From Hormiphora californensis (Eukaryota; Animalia; Ctenophora): DNA of 64,000 bases. Of the stretch, positions 13,901 through 26,380 are shown one piece after another. The position numbers and the translations under genes were made by a program. The notes under the pieces are model-generated. The model made no database searches and was not told where the DNA came from. It saw only the letters and a program-made list of their open reading frames with translations. The first letter of the stretch is position 1. Each line of letters starts with the position of its first letter. The stretch lies in contig CM035355.1 in assembly GCA_020137815.1 (NCBI GenBank), forward strand, positions 8,473,260-8,537,259, read 5' to 3'.

Positions 13901-14093
13901 ATTTAACTCACAACATAACCCCGTCACAAATCACAACAGAACTCACAACATAACCCCGTCACAAATCACAACATAACCCCGTTCTTGCAGTGCCAAGATA
14001 GCTCTGAGGGAAGACGCTGAAGAATACAAGAAGATTCTGTTGGAAGAGGAAATGGAACGGAAGAGAAAGATGAAGAAACTTAATAAGAGGTAG
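2335..14093 (+). CDS. SPTY2D1: SPT2 histone chaperone homolog, multi-exon (approx. exons 2335-2494, 2571-2690, 2825-3071, 3178-3230, 3450-3581, 3686-3760, 4019-5464, 5835-5960, 6262-6452, 10858-10960, 11182-11373, 11552-11694, 11772-~13342, 13510-13611, 13991-14093)
   Basis: N-terminus MDFEALMAQAERN...VRAALVRKQKEERRRK, internal PPPGGAPKTFSEIMALANKQ, and C-terminal SPT2 domain DDGFVV..DDEEFDHSREIR|NLFGYDKRKYQDEDDDCADMEADYRTIQREEAKS|AKIALRED all resemble metazoan SPT2; GT/AG phases consistent except at 5500-5830 and within the low-quality 12.1-12.6 kb stretch. Confidence 0.88.
4097..5320 (+). repeat. Coding 36-bp tandem repeat x34 encoding YSPKC(T/I)(I/V)(Q/E)SEEQ
   Basis: No stop in the + frame of exon 4019-5464; one Ser position uses tct/tca/tcg/tcc (synonymous variation). 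Confidence 0.9.
6758..7591 (-). CDS. Intronless KCNMB (BK channel beta subunit)/CaKB-like two-TM protein, nested antisense in an SPT2 intron
   Basis: 277 aa; TM1 near N-terminus, Cys-rich loop with CSCGSRCKASFPCLQ, ECTYKPGFC and FICY motifs typical of BK beta subunits, TM2 (AVIGIAGPGILVLVGLGLA), cytoplasmic PPDY and PPSY motifs. Confidence 0.72.
   Translation of the reverse strand: MSEGGHSSFYIFAGGIISLVFSCLYIVRPNLHGVPFKVGLCNLTEVVESGMGECSCGSRCKASFPCLQATGTFRSNNEGVWEGVFYQDYASLLTECTYKPGFCETSYNRNINIIDAYERNSLDTRMAMETEFICYGHEGRIYFTDNYSLEKAVIGIAGPGILVLVGLGLATCQPNSWLCILFTPCRAVYKNTCGRGGSSDETTTDTQGMEEEERPPDYSDICEEGFDREMPPSYEQAIRRAHSSDNHGNHSRDNHGNHSSDNHGNHSSDTDSRVATS
7595..7770. repeat. Short tandem repeat (acaaacagagagtttagcaggatattcagtaattt) immediately 5' of the nested gene
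   Basis: About five degenerate copies. Confidence 0.7.
8790..10850. repeat. Intronic 34/36-bp minisatellite (tcacctcctaatatgactggctgggtgctaaatg[tg]) ~60 copies
   Basis: Near-identical copies differing by one TG; ends a few nt before the acceptor AG at 10856-10857. Confidence 0.97.
11893..12012 (+). repeat. Coding 21-bp repeat (AKLSSST x5) in SPT2 exon
   Basis: ccgcaaagttatcttcctcca tandem copies in frame. Confidence 0.85.
13720..13982. repeat. Intronic degenerate repeat (cacaacataaccccgtcacaa)
   Basis: Many short copies running up to the acceptor at 13989-13990. Confidence 0.85.
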
Positions 14094-14849
14094 GGAGATT
14101 TATCTGGCGCCACTGCTATCTTGGGGACTGATCTACGAAATGAAAGACACTGGGTGTTTGCAATGGACAATTCTTTTAATATCGAGATATACACCTGGGA
14201 TTTAGTAAGGATACTTCCTCCATAATATCGAGATATATACATCAGGGATTTAGTAAGAATATACTCCCTCTACTTCTCTCTCCTGTAGAGAGAAGGGGGA
14301 CTGAGGGAGACTCGGAGAAGATGGGAGGGTTTGCTGTCAGATCACTGCTATGTAGTGGAATACTGTTTCAGCAGCCCTCCTCCACCCCTCCTGAGATGTT
14401 TCCCTTATATACACTGCAGTCAGATGTTCCCTGCACCTCTTTACTGCAGTGAGATGTTTCCCTGGTGCACCATGGTGGACTGACTGCCAAGCAGCCAACC
14501 CTTTATAAAAGGATTGATTATCCCTTTTATAATTGCAAAATTAAAATATCTCTCTCCAAATATAGCGAATATCCTATTGGGTAACTCTATAGATCTCCTA
14601 AAACTCTCGCCATATAGGATTTGTGATTGTCTATCAATTCACAGTACAATTCTCGTGGCAGGGTTACCATGGTAACTTCTTTCTCGTTGCAGGGTTACCA
14701 TGGTAACTCCTTTCTAAAACAGGGAAACATTATGGGGCATCATAGTGCGAGCAGAAAGAGTTTATTAAACACGAGTCAGGGAAATGATAATATGACAATA
14801 CACGTTGTCATGGTTGTCATGGTAACAAGAAGTGCATGTTTTACAGATT

Positions 14850-17578
14850 TTATTGTTTTTTTAAGTAATCAATAAACTCATTTTGGTTAATCAAGCCGTC
14901 TCCGTTCTGATCCGCATTGACAATGAAATTATTTATCTCTTCCTCAGTCATGGTTGCGTTGAGAGAGTTGCACAATTCTCTAACTTCCTCTGCTGTTATC
15001 TCACCTGTGAAGAGAGAGAGGGGAATGGAAGATATATAGAGATGGAAGATAGAGAGAGATGGGAAATCAAGAGACGGAGAGGGAGAGAGGTGGATGCGTT
15101 AACCGGGGGTATAACTGTGGGCATTATATACGTCTCAATGATGACGTGTGTGTATGACGTAATAACGATACTTGACAGATCTACTACTACCTATATGACC
15201 AATGAGCAATAGTTATAGTACTGTACTATTCATTACTCCACGTTAATACTGCAGCAGCCAGCAGTGCACCCTACCCCACGTCACTTCCTCACTTGTTGTA
15301 GCACACGTCATTACTTGTTGAGGGCCGTTACTACAAGTCTACACCTGTGTGTGACGTCATCTTTCGTAACGGCCCAACTCAACAAGCACTCTAGTAGTAG
15401 TGATCTATTATTGTAAGGGGCAATATTACTTATACATTACTTATAGTCTGTTGTAACTAGTTGTAAATCAATCAATCTACAGTCTCATCCAGCAAGAAAT
15501 ACTACTACTACTTTAGTACAGCGAGGATGCTGATCTCTTTCAACTAATGATGTCCTGTCGTATCATGACAAAGTGCTTTTGAATAATGAATGACTGGCGA
15601 AATGAACTGTGGACTATGGAAATGATTGATTACTTTTGGGTAGTATGATATGCATTTGAAGAAAGCTATATTGCTTTGCTTTCTCACTCAATGTATGCTC
15701 TCACTGTACGCCGTACAGTGTACGGCCTACGCACCGAAATTCAACATGGAAGCCGGAAGGGGTAAAAAAGAATGGTTAGAACTAAGAACAGAAAGGTAAA
15801 AAACACGGAATATATTTACCTGAACCGTCGGTGTCGAACTTCCTAAACACTTCCCTCAGATAGTTTTCATCCTTACTCTTTGTCTTCGGGACGTCCTTCT
15901 CTAGTTCCACTGAATACTGGGATTGGAGGTAACCATGGTAACATGGGGGTAACCATGGTAACATGAGGCATGGGGGTAACCATGGTAACCATGGGAGTGG
16001 AGGTAAACATGGTAATATGGGGGTTAACCATGGTAACATGAGGCATGGGGGTAACCATGGTAACCATGGGAGTGGAGGTAAACATGGTAACATGGGGGTA
16101 ACCATGGTAACATGAGGCATGGGAGTAACCATGGTAACCATGGGAGTGGAGGTAAACATGGTAATATGGGGGTTAACCATGGTAACATGAGGCATGGGGG
16201 TAACCATGGTAACCATGGGAGTGGAGGTAAACATGGTAATATGGGGGTTAACCATGGTAACATGGTCGGTGGGGGGTTGCCATGGTAACGATGAAGATTG
16301 AAGGTTACATGGATGAAGATTGAAGGTTACATGGATGAAGATTGAAGGTTACATGGATGAAGATTGAAGGTTACATGGATGAAGATTGAAGGTTACATGG
16401 ATGAAGATTGAAGGTTACATGGATGAAGATTGAAGGTTACATGGATGAAGATTGAAGGTTACATGGATGAAGATTGAAGGTTACATGGATGAAGATTGAA
16501 GGTTACATGGATGAAGATTGAAGGTTACATGGATGAAGATTGAAGGTTACATGGATGAAGATTGAAGGTTACATGGATGAAGATTGAAGGTTACATGGAT
16601 GAAGATTGAAGGTTACATGGATGAAGATTGAAGGTTACATGGATGAAGATTGAAGGTTACATGGATGAAGATTGAAGGTTACATGGATGAAGATTGAAGG
16701 TTACATGGATGAAGATTGAAGGTTACATGGATGAAGATTGAAGGTTACATGGATGAAGATTGAAGGTTACATGGATGAAGATTGAAGGTTACATGGATGA
16801 AGATTGAAGGTTACATGGATGAAGATTGAAGGTTACATGGATGAAGATTGAAGGTTACATGGATGAAGATTGAAGGTTACATGGATGAAGATTGAAGGTT
16901 ACATGGATGAAGATTGAAGGTTACATGGATGAAGATTGAAGGTTACATGGATGAAGATTGAAGGTTACATGGATGAAGATTGAAGGTTACATGGATGAAG
17001 ATTGAAGGTTACATGGATGAAGATTGAAGGTTACATGGATGAAGATTGAAGGTTACATGGATGAAGATTGAAGGTTACATGGATGAAGATTGAAGGTTAC
17101 ATGGATGAAGATTGAAGGTTACATGGATGAAGATTGAAGGTTACATGGATGAAGATTGAAGGTTACATGGATGAAGATTGAAGGTTACATGGATGAAGAT
17201 TGAAGGTTACATGGATGAAGATTGAAGGTTACATGGATGAAGATTGAAGGTTACATGGATGAAGATTGAAGGTTACATGGATGAAGATTGAAGGTTACAT
17301 GGATGAAGATTGAAGGTTACATGGATGAAGATTGAAGGTTACATGGAATAGCTGGTTTAGCGGGTGGAAACATGGATCGAGAAAGATGGAGAGAGAGATA
17401 GGGAAGCAGAGTATGTCCAATCTAAATATAAGCTCTCCTGAGATCCTTTTTGACATCCAGTTCCACTAGTACCCCGAATTTTAATCTCTCTGCCTGGTTT
17501 TGCAGGGCGTGAGACATGTCAAAATTGTCCCTGGTAGATCAAAATGAGAAAAGGCAGAGTGAGAGAGAGAGAGAGAGA

Positions 17579-17630
<52 letters not shown>

Positions 17631-18817
17631 CAGAGGGGTAGTCAGAGCAAGTTTCCTTGAAGAAGGAAAATAAAGGGGAGGATATCAGACAAAACTCAAT
17701 TTGAGATGAAAGATAAATTATCTTTGACCTCAAATAGTTCGATCTCTAGTTTTTACTGCCAGCACAATATATCGGACAGTTTTGTCGGACCTAATAACCT
17801 CATCAAAAAGGTATACAAGAAGACTGGACGGGTGGTAACCATGTTACCAAAGAGGGTAACCATGTTAACAAGGAGGGTAACCATGTTAACAATGGGGTAA
17901 CCATGGTAACAAGGAGGGTAACCATGGTAACAAGAGGGATAACCATGATAACAAGGATGTTAACTATGTTAAGAATGGGGTAACCATGGTGAAAAGGAGG
18001 GTAACCATGGTAACAAGGGGTAACCATGGTAACAAGGGGGTAACTATGGTAACAAGGGGGTTATCATGGCAATAGGGGGGTAACCATGGTAATAAGGGGG
18101 TTGTACCTTGACAGGATCAAGTAGTCCAGATGTAAACACTTCCGTTACTATTTGGAGGAATAAACCAAGATCTAAAACTGATGCCTTATCATCGTACACT
18201 CTGATCAATCTCTTGCACACCTGATGATCAGTGGAATATAGGTACCGAGAGAATTATACCCTCTCTATAACCTAGAAAATGCCCCACCTCTCTGTCTCTC
18301 TATAAACCCCAACAATGTCCCTCCATTTCACCTGTTGACTTGCCACAATGTTCATCTGCTTGAAGGCCTTGCTAAGCTGACTCGCTGTTATCTTCCCGTC
18401 CATATTGATATCAAACCTCTGAGAGAATTGTATGGGTTGTCTGGTGGTAACCATGGTAACAAGGAGGGTAACCATGGTGACAAGGAGGGTCACCATGGTC
18501 CATATTGATATCAAACCTCTGAGAGAATTGTTCATTGTATGGGGTATAAACTGATAATTCTTCATTTCCCTCTTTCTCTGGATTTAAAAGCATTGTGAGC
18601 TGCCATGAACCATTGGCCTGACCTTGGTGACATATAGACACCTGGCGCGACCCCCGCACAGCTTAATCTTGGTCGCGCACGGTGTCTATGTCACCATTGT
18701 CATGGCATGTCAATAGACAAAGCTAAACCAACTCTTGAATTGTACCTGGAAAAGATTTTCGAATTTCTCTATCTGTCTCTCAGAGAACAATCTCTCTGCG
18801 TCAGTATCATTCTCCAT
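14850..18817 (-). CDS. Calmodulin-like EF-hand protein, multi-exon (approx. 18817-18746, 18418-18332, 18220-18107, ~17530-17474, 15917-15820, 15004-14850)
   Basis: MENDTDAERLFSERQIEKFENLFQ|RFDINMDGKITASQL..., YLREVFRKFDTDGSG|EITAEEV..., ADQNGDGLINQNEF: three canonical EF loops; middle exon near 17.75 kb unresolved. Confidence 0.85.
15925..16290. repeat. Intronic repeat built from GTAACCATGGTAAC / GTTGCCATGGTAAC (RFX X-box-like) units
   Basis: About eight full GTNRCC-AT-GGTAAC matches plus half-sites; similar arrays at 17830-18095, 18445-18500 and 14663-14707. Confidence 0.8.
16290..17346. repeat. Perfect 22-bp minisatellite (ggatgaagattgaaggttacat) ~48 copies
   Basis: No visible variant units. 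Confidence 0.97.
17830..18095. repeat. Intronic ~20-22-bp repeat with X-box-like core (ggtaaccatggtaacaagg)
   Basis: About twelve degenerate copies. Confidence 0.85.
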
Positions 18818-19471
18818 GATGAGGCGATCTGTGGGAGACTTGATCCTACTGAACCTACGCCCTGGGTCAACTGTGTATACCCACATGATAAGACAGGTTA
18901 CACAGTCAATTGAGGAACTTTACACAGGATTTACAGAGAGGTGGGTCTGATATACAACAAGTAGTATGTGTGAGGGTATGTTAGTGGTAGCGGGAAGTAT
19001 AATAGGCCTCATGGAGTGCAGCCCAAATTGTACTAATTGTACTAATTGTACTAATTTACTGATTGTACTAATTGTACTAATTGATGTACTAATCGTGCTA
19101 CTGGGTCTATTGCAACTATAGATCCTCTCCCGCAAAACACCCTAAGTTTTGTACCACTACAAAGCCTAACACCCAGAGATAGAAACCCAGTGTTGGCCAA
19201 CACAGGGCTGTCAGGCCAATTACAGATACAGGGTGGCCCAACAAATGTGTGTTTGAAGGAGACAAGTAAAGGCAGGATTCATATTGGGTAAATCTCGAAA
19301 TAAACAGGTTATATAGTACACACTGAATACACAAATTGGTGGCAAAGACATAGAATGAATCTGATATAATGGTTCTTCCTCAAAGACTTTCAATCTTGTT
19401 TCTCTGCCTCTTCTTCTCTCGCTCTGGTCTCTCCCCCTTCATAGGGGCTAGCTCCCTCATCACGTGTCAAG

Positions 19472-19514
<43 letters not shown>

Positions 19515-19541
19515 ACCTACACAAAGTGTACAAGACAATGT

Positions 19542-22500
19542 TTATTTGTGTTGTGGCATGGTGGAAGGACCGGCCGGTGGTTGCTGGCTGCTGAGTCCCG
19601 CTGTGCTTGCAACAGACTCGTGAATACTGGAGGCGAGGTGGGTCGGGGTAGCGTGGAACTTCTCCCGGCTACTACTGGCCTTATTCACCTTGTTCTGGAG
19701 GAAGGAGTCAAAGTCCAGGAAAGTGTTCATCTCATATGACTGAGTGATGTGATCCGACAGGTCCAACAGACTCTCCATGTACACAGACAAATCCTTCATC
19801 TTCCTTTTAGCGTTTCTCTCATTCTCTCCCCTCAACATCCCTCTGTGGGAGCTGGGGGAACTTCTCTTTAGGGAACTTGTTGCACAACGCCCTGTGATTC
19901 TCTACAAACTCATCGAATGTTTTGTAAATGTAGATCTTTTCACAGTCCACTTGGCACTCCATCTCATACTTGTAGAACTTCCTGGTCTCCTCATAACACT
20001 TCCTGTACCCACTTACCCTGATCTGGATACAGATGGCGGTCTTTGTTATGGGAGGTTTGTCCCTGATGGGGTCTGCATACCTGCTCTTAACAAAGAATGG
20101 TACAACCTCCTTGTTGATGTATCTCTCTACATAGCTGTGGGCTGAGGCCATGACCTCCTTAGAGATCCCCTGAGATTTCTGGAGTTGTTTGAAGAATGTT
20201 TTAGGGAGGGCCTTGGAGGGAATCTGCACGTGATATTCAGTGTTTGTGTCGAGATACTTTGTTAGGATTTTAACGTTCCGAAACTGATGTCCCCTAGACA
20301 AGGGGTCAGTCTTCAGAGAATACTCAATATTCAGCCAAAACAATAGTTCATTAATGAAGGATGATTTGATGCAGTACTGTACAAAGTGTTCCATGGCCCT
20401 CTCATTTTGAGATATCTCCACCAGGGTGACTGTATCAGCCACAGTTGACTCCACAGATTTGTCTGACCTGGCTGATTTGGGCCCCCCACTAATAACACTT
20501 GTGACGTCATCTGTCACCAGCAGATCTTTCTCTGAAGTCTGTCCAGACATAACCTGGAAGTTGATTAGGGCCACTCCACTGTTGTGGTTCTGCTGACATT
20601 TAAAAATCCCACCCCCCCCAGCCCTTTCCCTTTTAAAAAACTGGGGTTAAGGTCAGAGAGGGCCCCTCGGGGGATTTGGGTATCATTTTGAGGAAAATAG
20701 TCTTTTGAAGGTTTTATTTTGCTACGAAAATTTTTTTCCCCCCTTTCAAAAAATTCTCCCCGGGGGCCCCCTTTATCCCCCTTTTACCCCCCCCCTTTGG
20801 GGCCCTTTACCGGCTTTTCCCCCCTTTAAAAAAATTTTTGGAAGTATTGCCACCCATTTTTTTTTTAAAAACCCCCCCAAAAACCCCGAATTTAACCCCC
20901 CTTTTTTGGGCCAAAAAATTTTTGGGGGGGCCCCGAAAAAAACCCCCCCAAAAGAAACAAATTTTTCAGCTCCCCGAATTTTTGGGGAGGGAGTTTTTTT
21001 TATGAAAGGGGAGGGGGGGAAAATGGGGGAACCCGTGTTTGTCGGGGGAAAATTTTGGTTGCCCCCATTTAAAAATTTTTTTTCATTAATTAAAAAATTT
21101 AAAAATTAAAAGGAGGTTTTTTGGGGTTTTTCCCATTTCCATGGTTTTTTCCCCCGGGGTTTTGATTCCCCCCCCCCCCCAAAAATAAAAACGGGTTTTT
21201 CTTTGGCCCCCCTTAGGGGTATTTAGGAAAATTTTATGGTCCGCCATCAGGGTTTTTGGGTTAATTTAAAATTTTTTTGGGGGAGGGAGGAAGAACAATT
21301 GAGGGGGGGAAATGGAAGTTTCCCTGAATTTTTAACCCCGCTGAAGTTTTTCGGGGTGGCTTTTAAAAAAAAAGGGGGTTTTAAACCATGGGGGGGGTTT
21401 TGTGATTTACAAGGGGAAGGGAAAAAAAATAAAATTAAAAAAAATTTGGGGGAAAAAAAAAAAGGGGGAAAATGAAAAAAAGGGGGGGGAAAAAAACCCC
21501 CCTGAAAAAAAGGGAAAAACGGGGCCGGGTTGGGGGGGGGGGGGGAAAGGGGGGGGGAAAAAAAAAGGGGGGAGGTGGAAAGGGGGGGGGTTTTTTAAAA
21601 GGGGGACGGTAAAAGGGGTAACGGAGGGGAAAATAAAAAGGGGGGGAAATAAAAAAGGAGGGGGGGAAATGGAAAAAGGGGAGGGGGGCTGGAAAAGGGG
21701 GGGAACCAGGGGAAAAGGGGGGGGGGAAAAGGGAAAAGGAGGGGGAACCGGAAAAGGGGGGGGAAAAAAAGGGGGGAAAGGAAAAGGGGGGAAACCATGT
21801 CGGGGGTGGGGGGGGAAAGGGGGGGTTTTATTTGGTGGAGGTAAACCCTAACCTTTTACCATGGACCCCCTCCTTGTTATAACCGCGGGACCCCTTTTGG
21901 TTACAACCACCCACTATCATGGCAATAAATGCTCGCTGATTGTATGGTCCAAATAAAACATGTCCAATTAACACTGCTTGTGACCCCGTTTTGGAGAGAG
22001 GGTCGAGTGCAGCCCCCTCTGCAAACTTTTCAAAGACCCAATCTTCGTTTTTAATCATTCAGAAATCGCCAACCCCCAAAAAAGAGGGAAAAAAAAAACC
22101 CCCAAAAACCCCACCCCCCCCCTTTTTTTTTTTTCCCCCCCGGTTTTTTTTTTTTTTTTTTTTTTTTTGGGGGGGGGGGGGGGAAAAAAAACCCCCCCCC
22201 CCCCCCCCCCCCCCTTTCCTCCCCCCTCCCCTCTCCCATCTACCTAAAAAAAAGGGGGGTTTTTCATTTTTTAAAAAACTCCCCCAAAACCTCAAAATTT
22301 TTAACCCCTTTCCGCCCCCTCCCTTTTTTTAAAAAATTTTTTTCCCCTTCCCAAAATTTTTAAAAAAAAGGGTTTTTTTTTAAAATGGGGGTTTTTTTTG
22401 GGGGGGTTTTATGGGGGGGGGTTTTAAAACCCCCAAAGTTCCCCCCTTGTTTTGGAACAAACAAAACCAGGCTTTGAAAAATAAAAGAAAAAAAATTTTA

Positions 22501-25500
22501 AAAAAAAAAATTAAAAAAAAAAAAAACATCCCACTAAAAACCAAAACCCCGCCACTAAAAAACTCATTTTTAATCAAAACAAAATTCCAACCTGCCATTT
22601 CACCTCACAAAAACAGGAATCAATTTACAAAAAAAAAAACAAATTTTTTTCCCCTTTTTTTCACACCAACCCTTTTAAACCCTTTCCCTTTTAAACTTTT
22701 AAATGCTTTCAATTTTTTTTAAATTTTAAAAACCCCCCGGGGGGGGGAAAATGGGAGGGGGGTGGGGCTGGGGGTATTTTGATCCTAAAACAAAAAACAG
22801 GGGGGGGGGTGGCATTTGGGTTTTTAAAACTTTCCCAAAGTCCCCCGGACTTCCCGGGGGGGAGATTTCCACTTTTTTGTTAGTGCCTCCTTTTCTCGCC
22901 ATCATTACACCCTCTCATTTCTGCGAGTTTCTCAATGAACACTCATCTGAGCTTTTTTGGGTTTTAGAGTTTTTATCTGGGGGGGCCTTTTTAAACCCTT
23001 CTTGGGGGGGAAAAAGGGGTTTGGAAATTTCCACATGATAAAACCGCTGACAATTTTAACCCCTTTCAAAGTTTAAAAAAAACCCTTTTTCAACAATCCC
23101 GGATTTTCTTTTTTGTTAAAGGGTTTTTTCCCCTTCCCCCACTGGGTTGTTTTTTCCAATTCCTGAGAAAGGGCTTTCCAAAGACCTCTTCGGGGGGACC
23201 AAAAGGAAAACGCCAATCGAGGGGTTTGAAGGAGTTTGGTTGAGTTTGGAAAAACAAGAAACAAAGGGCTAGGGTCATTTTTTTAATAAAAGATTAAATC
23301 CCCGCTAGAAAAAAATGGGGCTCAACCCAGCCCCCAAAAAGGGACTTCTTGCCCTTTTGTTTGCGGGATTCGGGGGAAAGTAGGGGGCAATTCCCTTTTG
23401 GAACCAATCCAAAATTTTTCTCCTCAAAAAAAAAACCCCCCGCTTTCAGTTTACCCCAAAAAAGTGATTGGAGGGCCACTTCAACCCTTTGAAGGGTACA
23501 GATTCTTTGCCTTGTAGACAAAAATGGGGGATCCACATCTCCCCTTTCAGCATTACCGAAAAACCCTTTAAGAGCCCCCCCAATTTGGGTGATTCCCGAC
23601 TCTTTTGGAAAGCTTTTGACCCCCCTTTTATAATGACCTTTTTTACCAGGATCGCCGGGTTTTTTTCATCGTAGTTCCATATATTTTCAGCGGGCACTCC
23701 CTCAAGCTCTTTCTCTAGATTTGAAAAGAATTTTTCAAGTGACTTCTTACAGACCCCTGCTCTAGATCGCTTTATGTTTGTTGCTAATCTTTTAGTCAAG
23801 TTTTGTCTTTTGAAGTTTTTAAACCAGTTTCCCCAGGTTTTATTTCCTTTAAAACCCCCCACACCCGCCCTTTCTTTCCCTTTGATAAGTTGCTAAATTT
23901 CTTTTTGATAGATGAAAAAATGCTCACAGGAAATCCCCAACGCAAAGGGGTAGTAACTCCGGAAACAAAAAAAAACTCTTTGTGGTCAAAAGAACCTTAG
24001 AAAGGGAAAAGACGACTTGCAGTGTTTTCCCCCGGTAAAAACTTTGTGCAGGGTTTTTAAAACGGTTAATCGAAAGCTTTAGCGTTGTCGAAAGACCGGT
24101 TTCCCCCGTATTTTTTAACTCCCAAACGCCCTTTTTCCAAAAAAATCGGGGAAAAGTAAGTTGATACTTTCGGTCCCAGGCTTTTTCTTAAAGTGGTTTT
24201 TTGGGGCATTAGCTGCCTAAAAAAATGGGTCTGGTTAAAAAAACTATGATGGAGTTGTTAAAAAGAAAATTAATGACAATTTAATAAAGGGGTGAAAAAA
24301 GAAAAGAGCGGACAGTGGAAGAGGAAAGTGTGGTAAGGGAGTGTGTGAGAAAGGGAGAGGAAGAAATCACTGAGATGGTAAATAATGGGACTTAGATCAG
24401 ACACACAACAAAACGAAATGTAGAGCTAAAAATACATGACCAAATGATAAGAATGTATAAAAAATCCTTCCCTTTATGTAAAATTTCCTGTTTGTATGTG
24501 TGTAATGCATATTAAACGAATAAAAATTATGCACACGCCGCGTTTCTATTTGTGACATTTAAAAGTTTAAAAAAATGTAGTGTGGGGGAAACTTTGGCAC
24601 CCCGTCCAAAATTACCCCCAAAAATTTAAATATGGGTGGGGAACTTACCACCCCAAAAAATTTTTTTTCAATTTAAAAAATTAATTTTGGGTTTAAAAAA
24701 AGGTTCCCCCCAATTTTTTGGGTCGAAACCCCCCCACTCTAGGAGCAAACCCTTATTTGGTTTATTGCCCGGTTTAAAATATGGACCCCTTTTTGATTTT
24801 AACTTTTTGGGTATTTTGCCCTTTAATGTGTTTGCCCCTAATTAGGAGTAAATTTGATAGACTTTTTGGAAAAAAATAATTGTACCGTTATTTTGACATT
24901 TGGGGGTTTAAGGGTTTCTTGTACACCCAAATTTTTTTTTTCCCAAAACTTTTCGTTTTCTGTTGGTAAATTTTGGACTAAAGCCAAAATTTTTAAAATG
25001 TCCCCCCGTTACCCCCCAAAAATTTTCCCCAAATTTTTCGGGACAAAACACAGGTTCCGTCATGATATGTTCTCTCGTAAAAATACAAAGAATCAATTTA
25101 CTTCCTTTTGCAGTTTTATTTTGCCCTCTCTCTCTCCCCCCTCTCTCTCTCTTCTCTTCTCTCTCTCTCTCTCTCTCTTTTCTTCCCTTTCCTCCTCTTC
25201 TTCTCTCTCTCTCTCCCCCCTTCCCAAAACCCCTTTTGGCCCCGCGACAAAAATATATAGTACTCCCCCCCTAAAAATCGAGTCCCCCTATTTGGGGAAG
25301 AGAAAGTTCCCCCAAGTATTAAAAGCCCACTGTGTCCACTTTTAAAAAATTTAAATACGGGGCCGGTTCCCAAAAATGTTTTTGGGGGAACTAAAATTTG
25401 TAATTTCAACATGTGCAAGACCAAATGGATCATTGCCTAGCTAGACCTAACATAACAAAGGATCTCTTTCCGATGTTTAAATTTAAAAACCCCCATGTAA

Positions 25501-26380
25501 ATGAAAAACCCAAATCAGATGTTAAAATGGATGCCCACAAACCAAACCCCCTTTCCCCCCCCTTCCCCCCCAAGCCCAAACCCACCCTTCCCCCCAAAAC
25601 AACCCTCCCCCAAACCCTTTTTCCCACCCCATGCCCTTCCCACCCCATTTTCCCCTTAAAACCTTCCCAAAACCCCCCCCCCCATCCCACCCTTTCCCCC
25701 CCCATTTCCCCTTCCCAAACCCAAACCCCCCCCCCTTCCCCCCCTTAAACCCCCTCCCCACCCTTCCCCCCTTTCCCCCCCCCCCCCGCCCCCCCCCCCC
25801 CAAAAACCCCCCCCATTTTTTTTTTTCCCCCCTTTTTCCCCAACCCCCCCACCCCTGCCCCCCCCCCCAAATTTCCCCCCTTTTCCCACCACCCCCCCCC
25901 CCCCTTTCCCAAAACCCCCCTTTATACGAATTTTTTTAAAAACCCCCCCTACCCCCCTAAACCCCTTTTTAGTACCTAGTTGAAAATGGGAAATTTCGGG
26001 GTCTTTAAAATTCCTTGGAAAATTAAAAACCCCCACTTTTCCCATGCAACCCCCACCCCAAAACCCGAAAAAAGGGGGGGGAAACGAAAAAAAACAAAAA
26101 ACAAAAAAAAACAAAAAAAAACAAACAGAACGAACAGAACGAAACAGAACAGAACAGAACAGAAAAACAAACAGAAAAAAAACGAACAAAAAGGACGACA
26201 CCGACCCCAAAAATAAGATCCCCTTTTAAAAGGCCCCGGGGGTTTCCCCGCCGCATTGTTGCTAAGGAGGTTGGTTTGCCTCGGTGCCTGCCTCGAGGAT
26301 GACAGGGAGGGAGGTCTCTGTTTCTGTTTGAGTGCAGCTGCTGGTGTCTCTAGATTCAGCCCGTCCAATGAGTATTGCAT
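19542..26380 (-). CDS. Protein with RGS domain followed by PX domain; clear terminal exon 20553-19542, probable first exon ~26380-26240, probable exon ~22060-21857
   Basis: RGS: HFVQYCIKSSFINELLFWLNIE...KYLDTNTEYHVQI...VVPFFVKS; PX: IRVSGYRK...KFYKY...IYIYKTFDEFVENHRALCNKFP...FPQLP then KDLSVYMESLL...MNTFL after a frameshift near 19820-19838; linkage of upstream exons is inferred across low-quality sequence. Confidence 0.65.
22880..24210 (-). mobile_element. Degraded or misread pogo/Fot/Tigger-like DDE transposase
   Basis: W..NFKRQ.LTKRLATNIKRSRA...FFSNLEKELEGVPAENIWNYDE (CENP-B-type HTH end into DDE_1 start); multiple frameshifts in low-quality sequence; TIRs not resolved. Confidence 0.7.

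Noticed and set aside
20600-26240. Many ORFs rich in G/P/K/F
   Set aside because: The sequence collapses into homopolymer runs typical of low-quality reads; the ORFs are compositional artefacts. Only the pogo fragment and one probable exon were kept.
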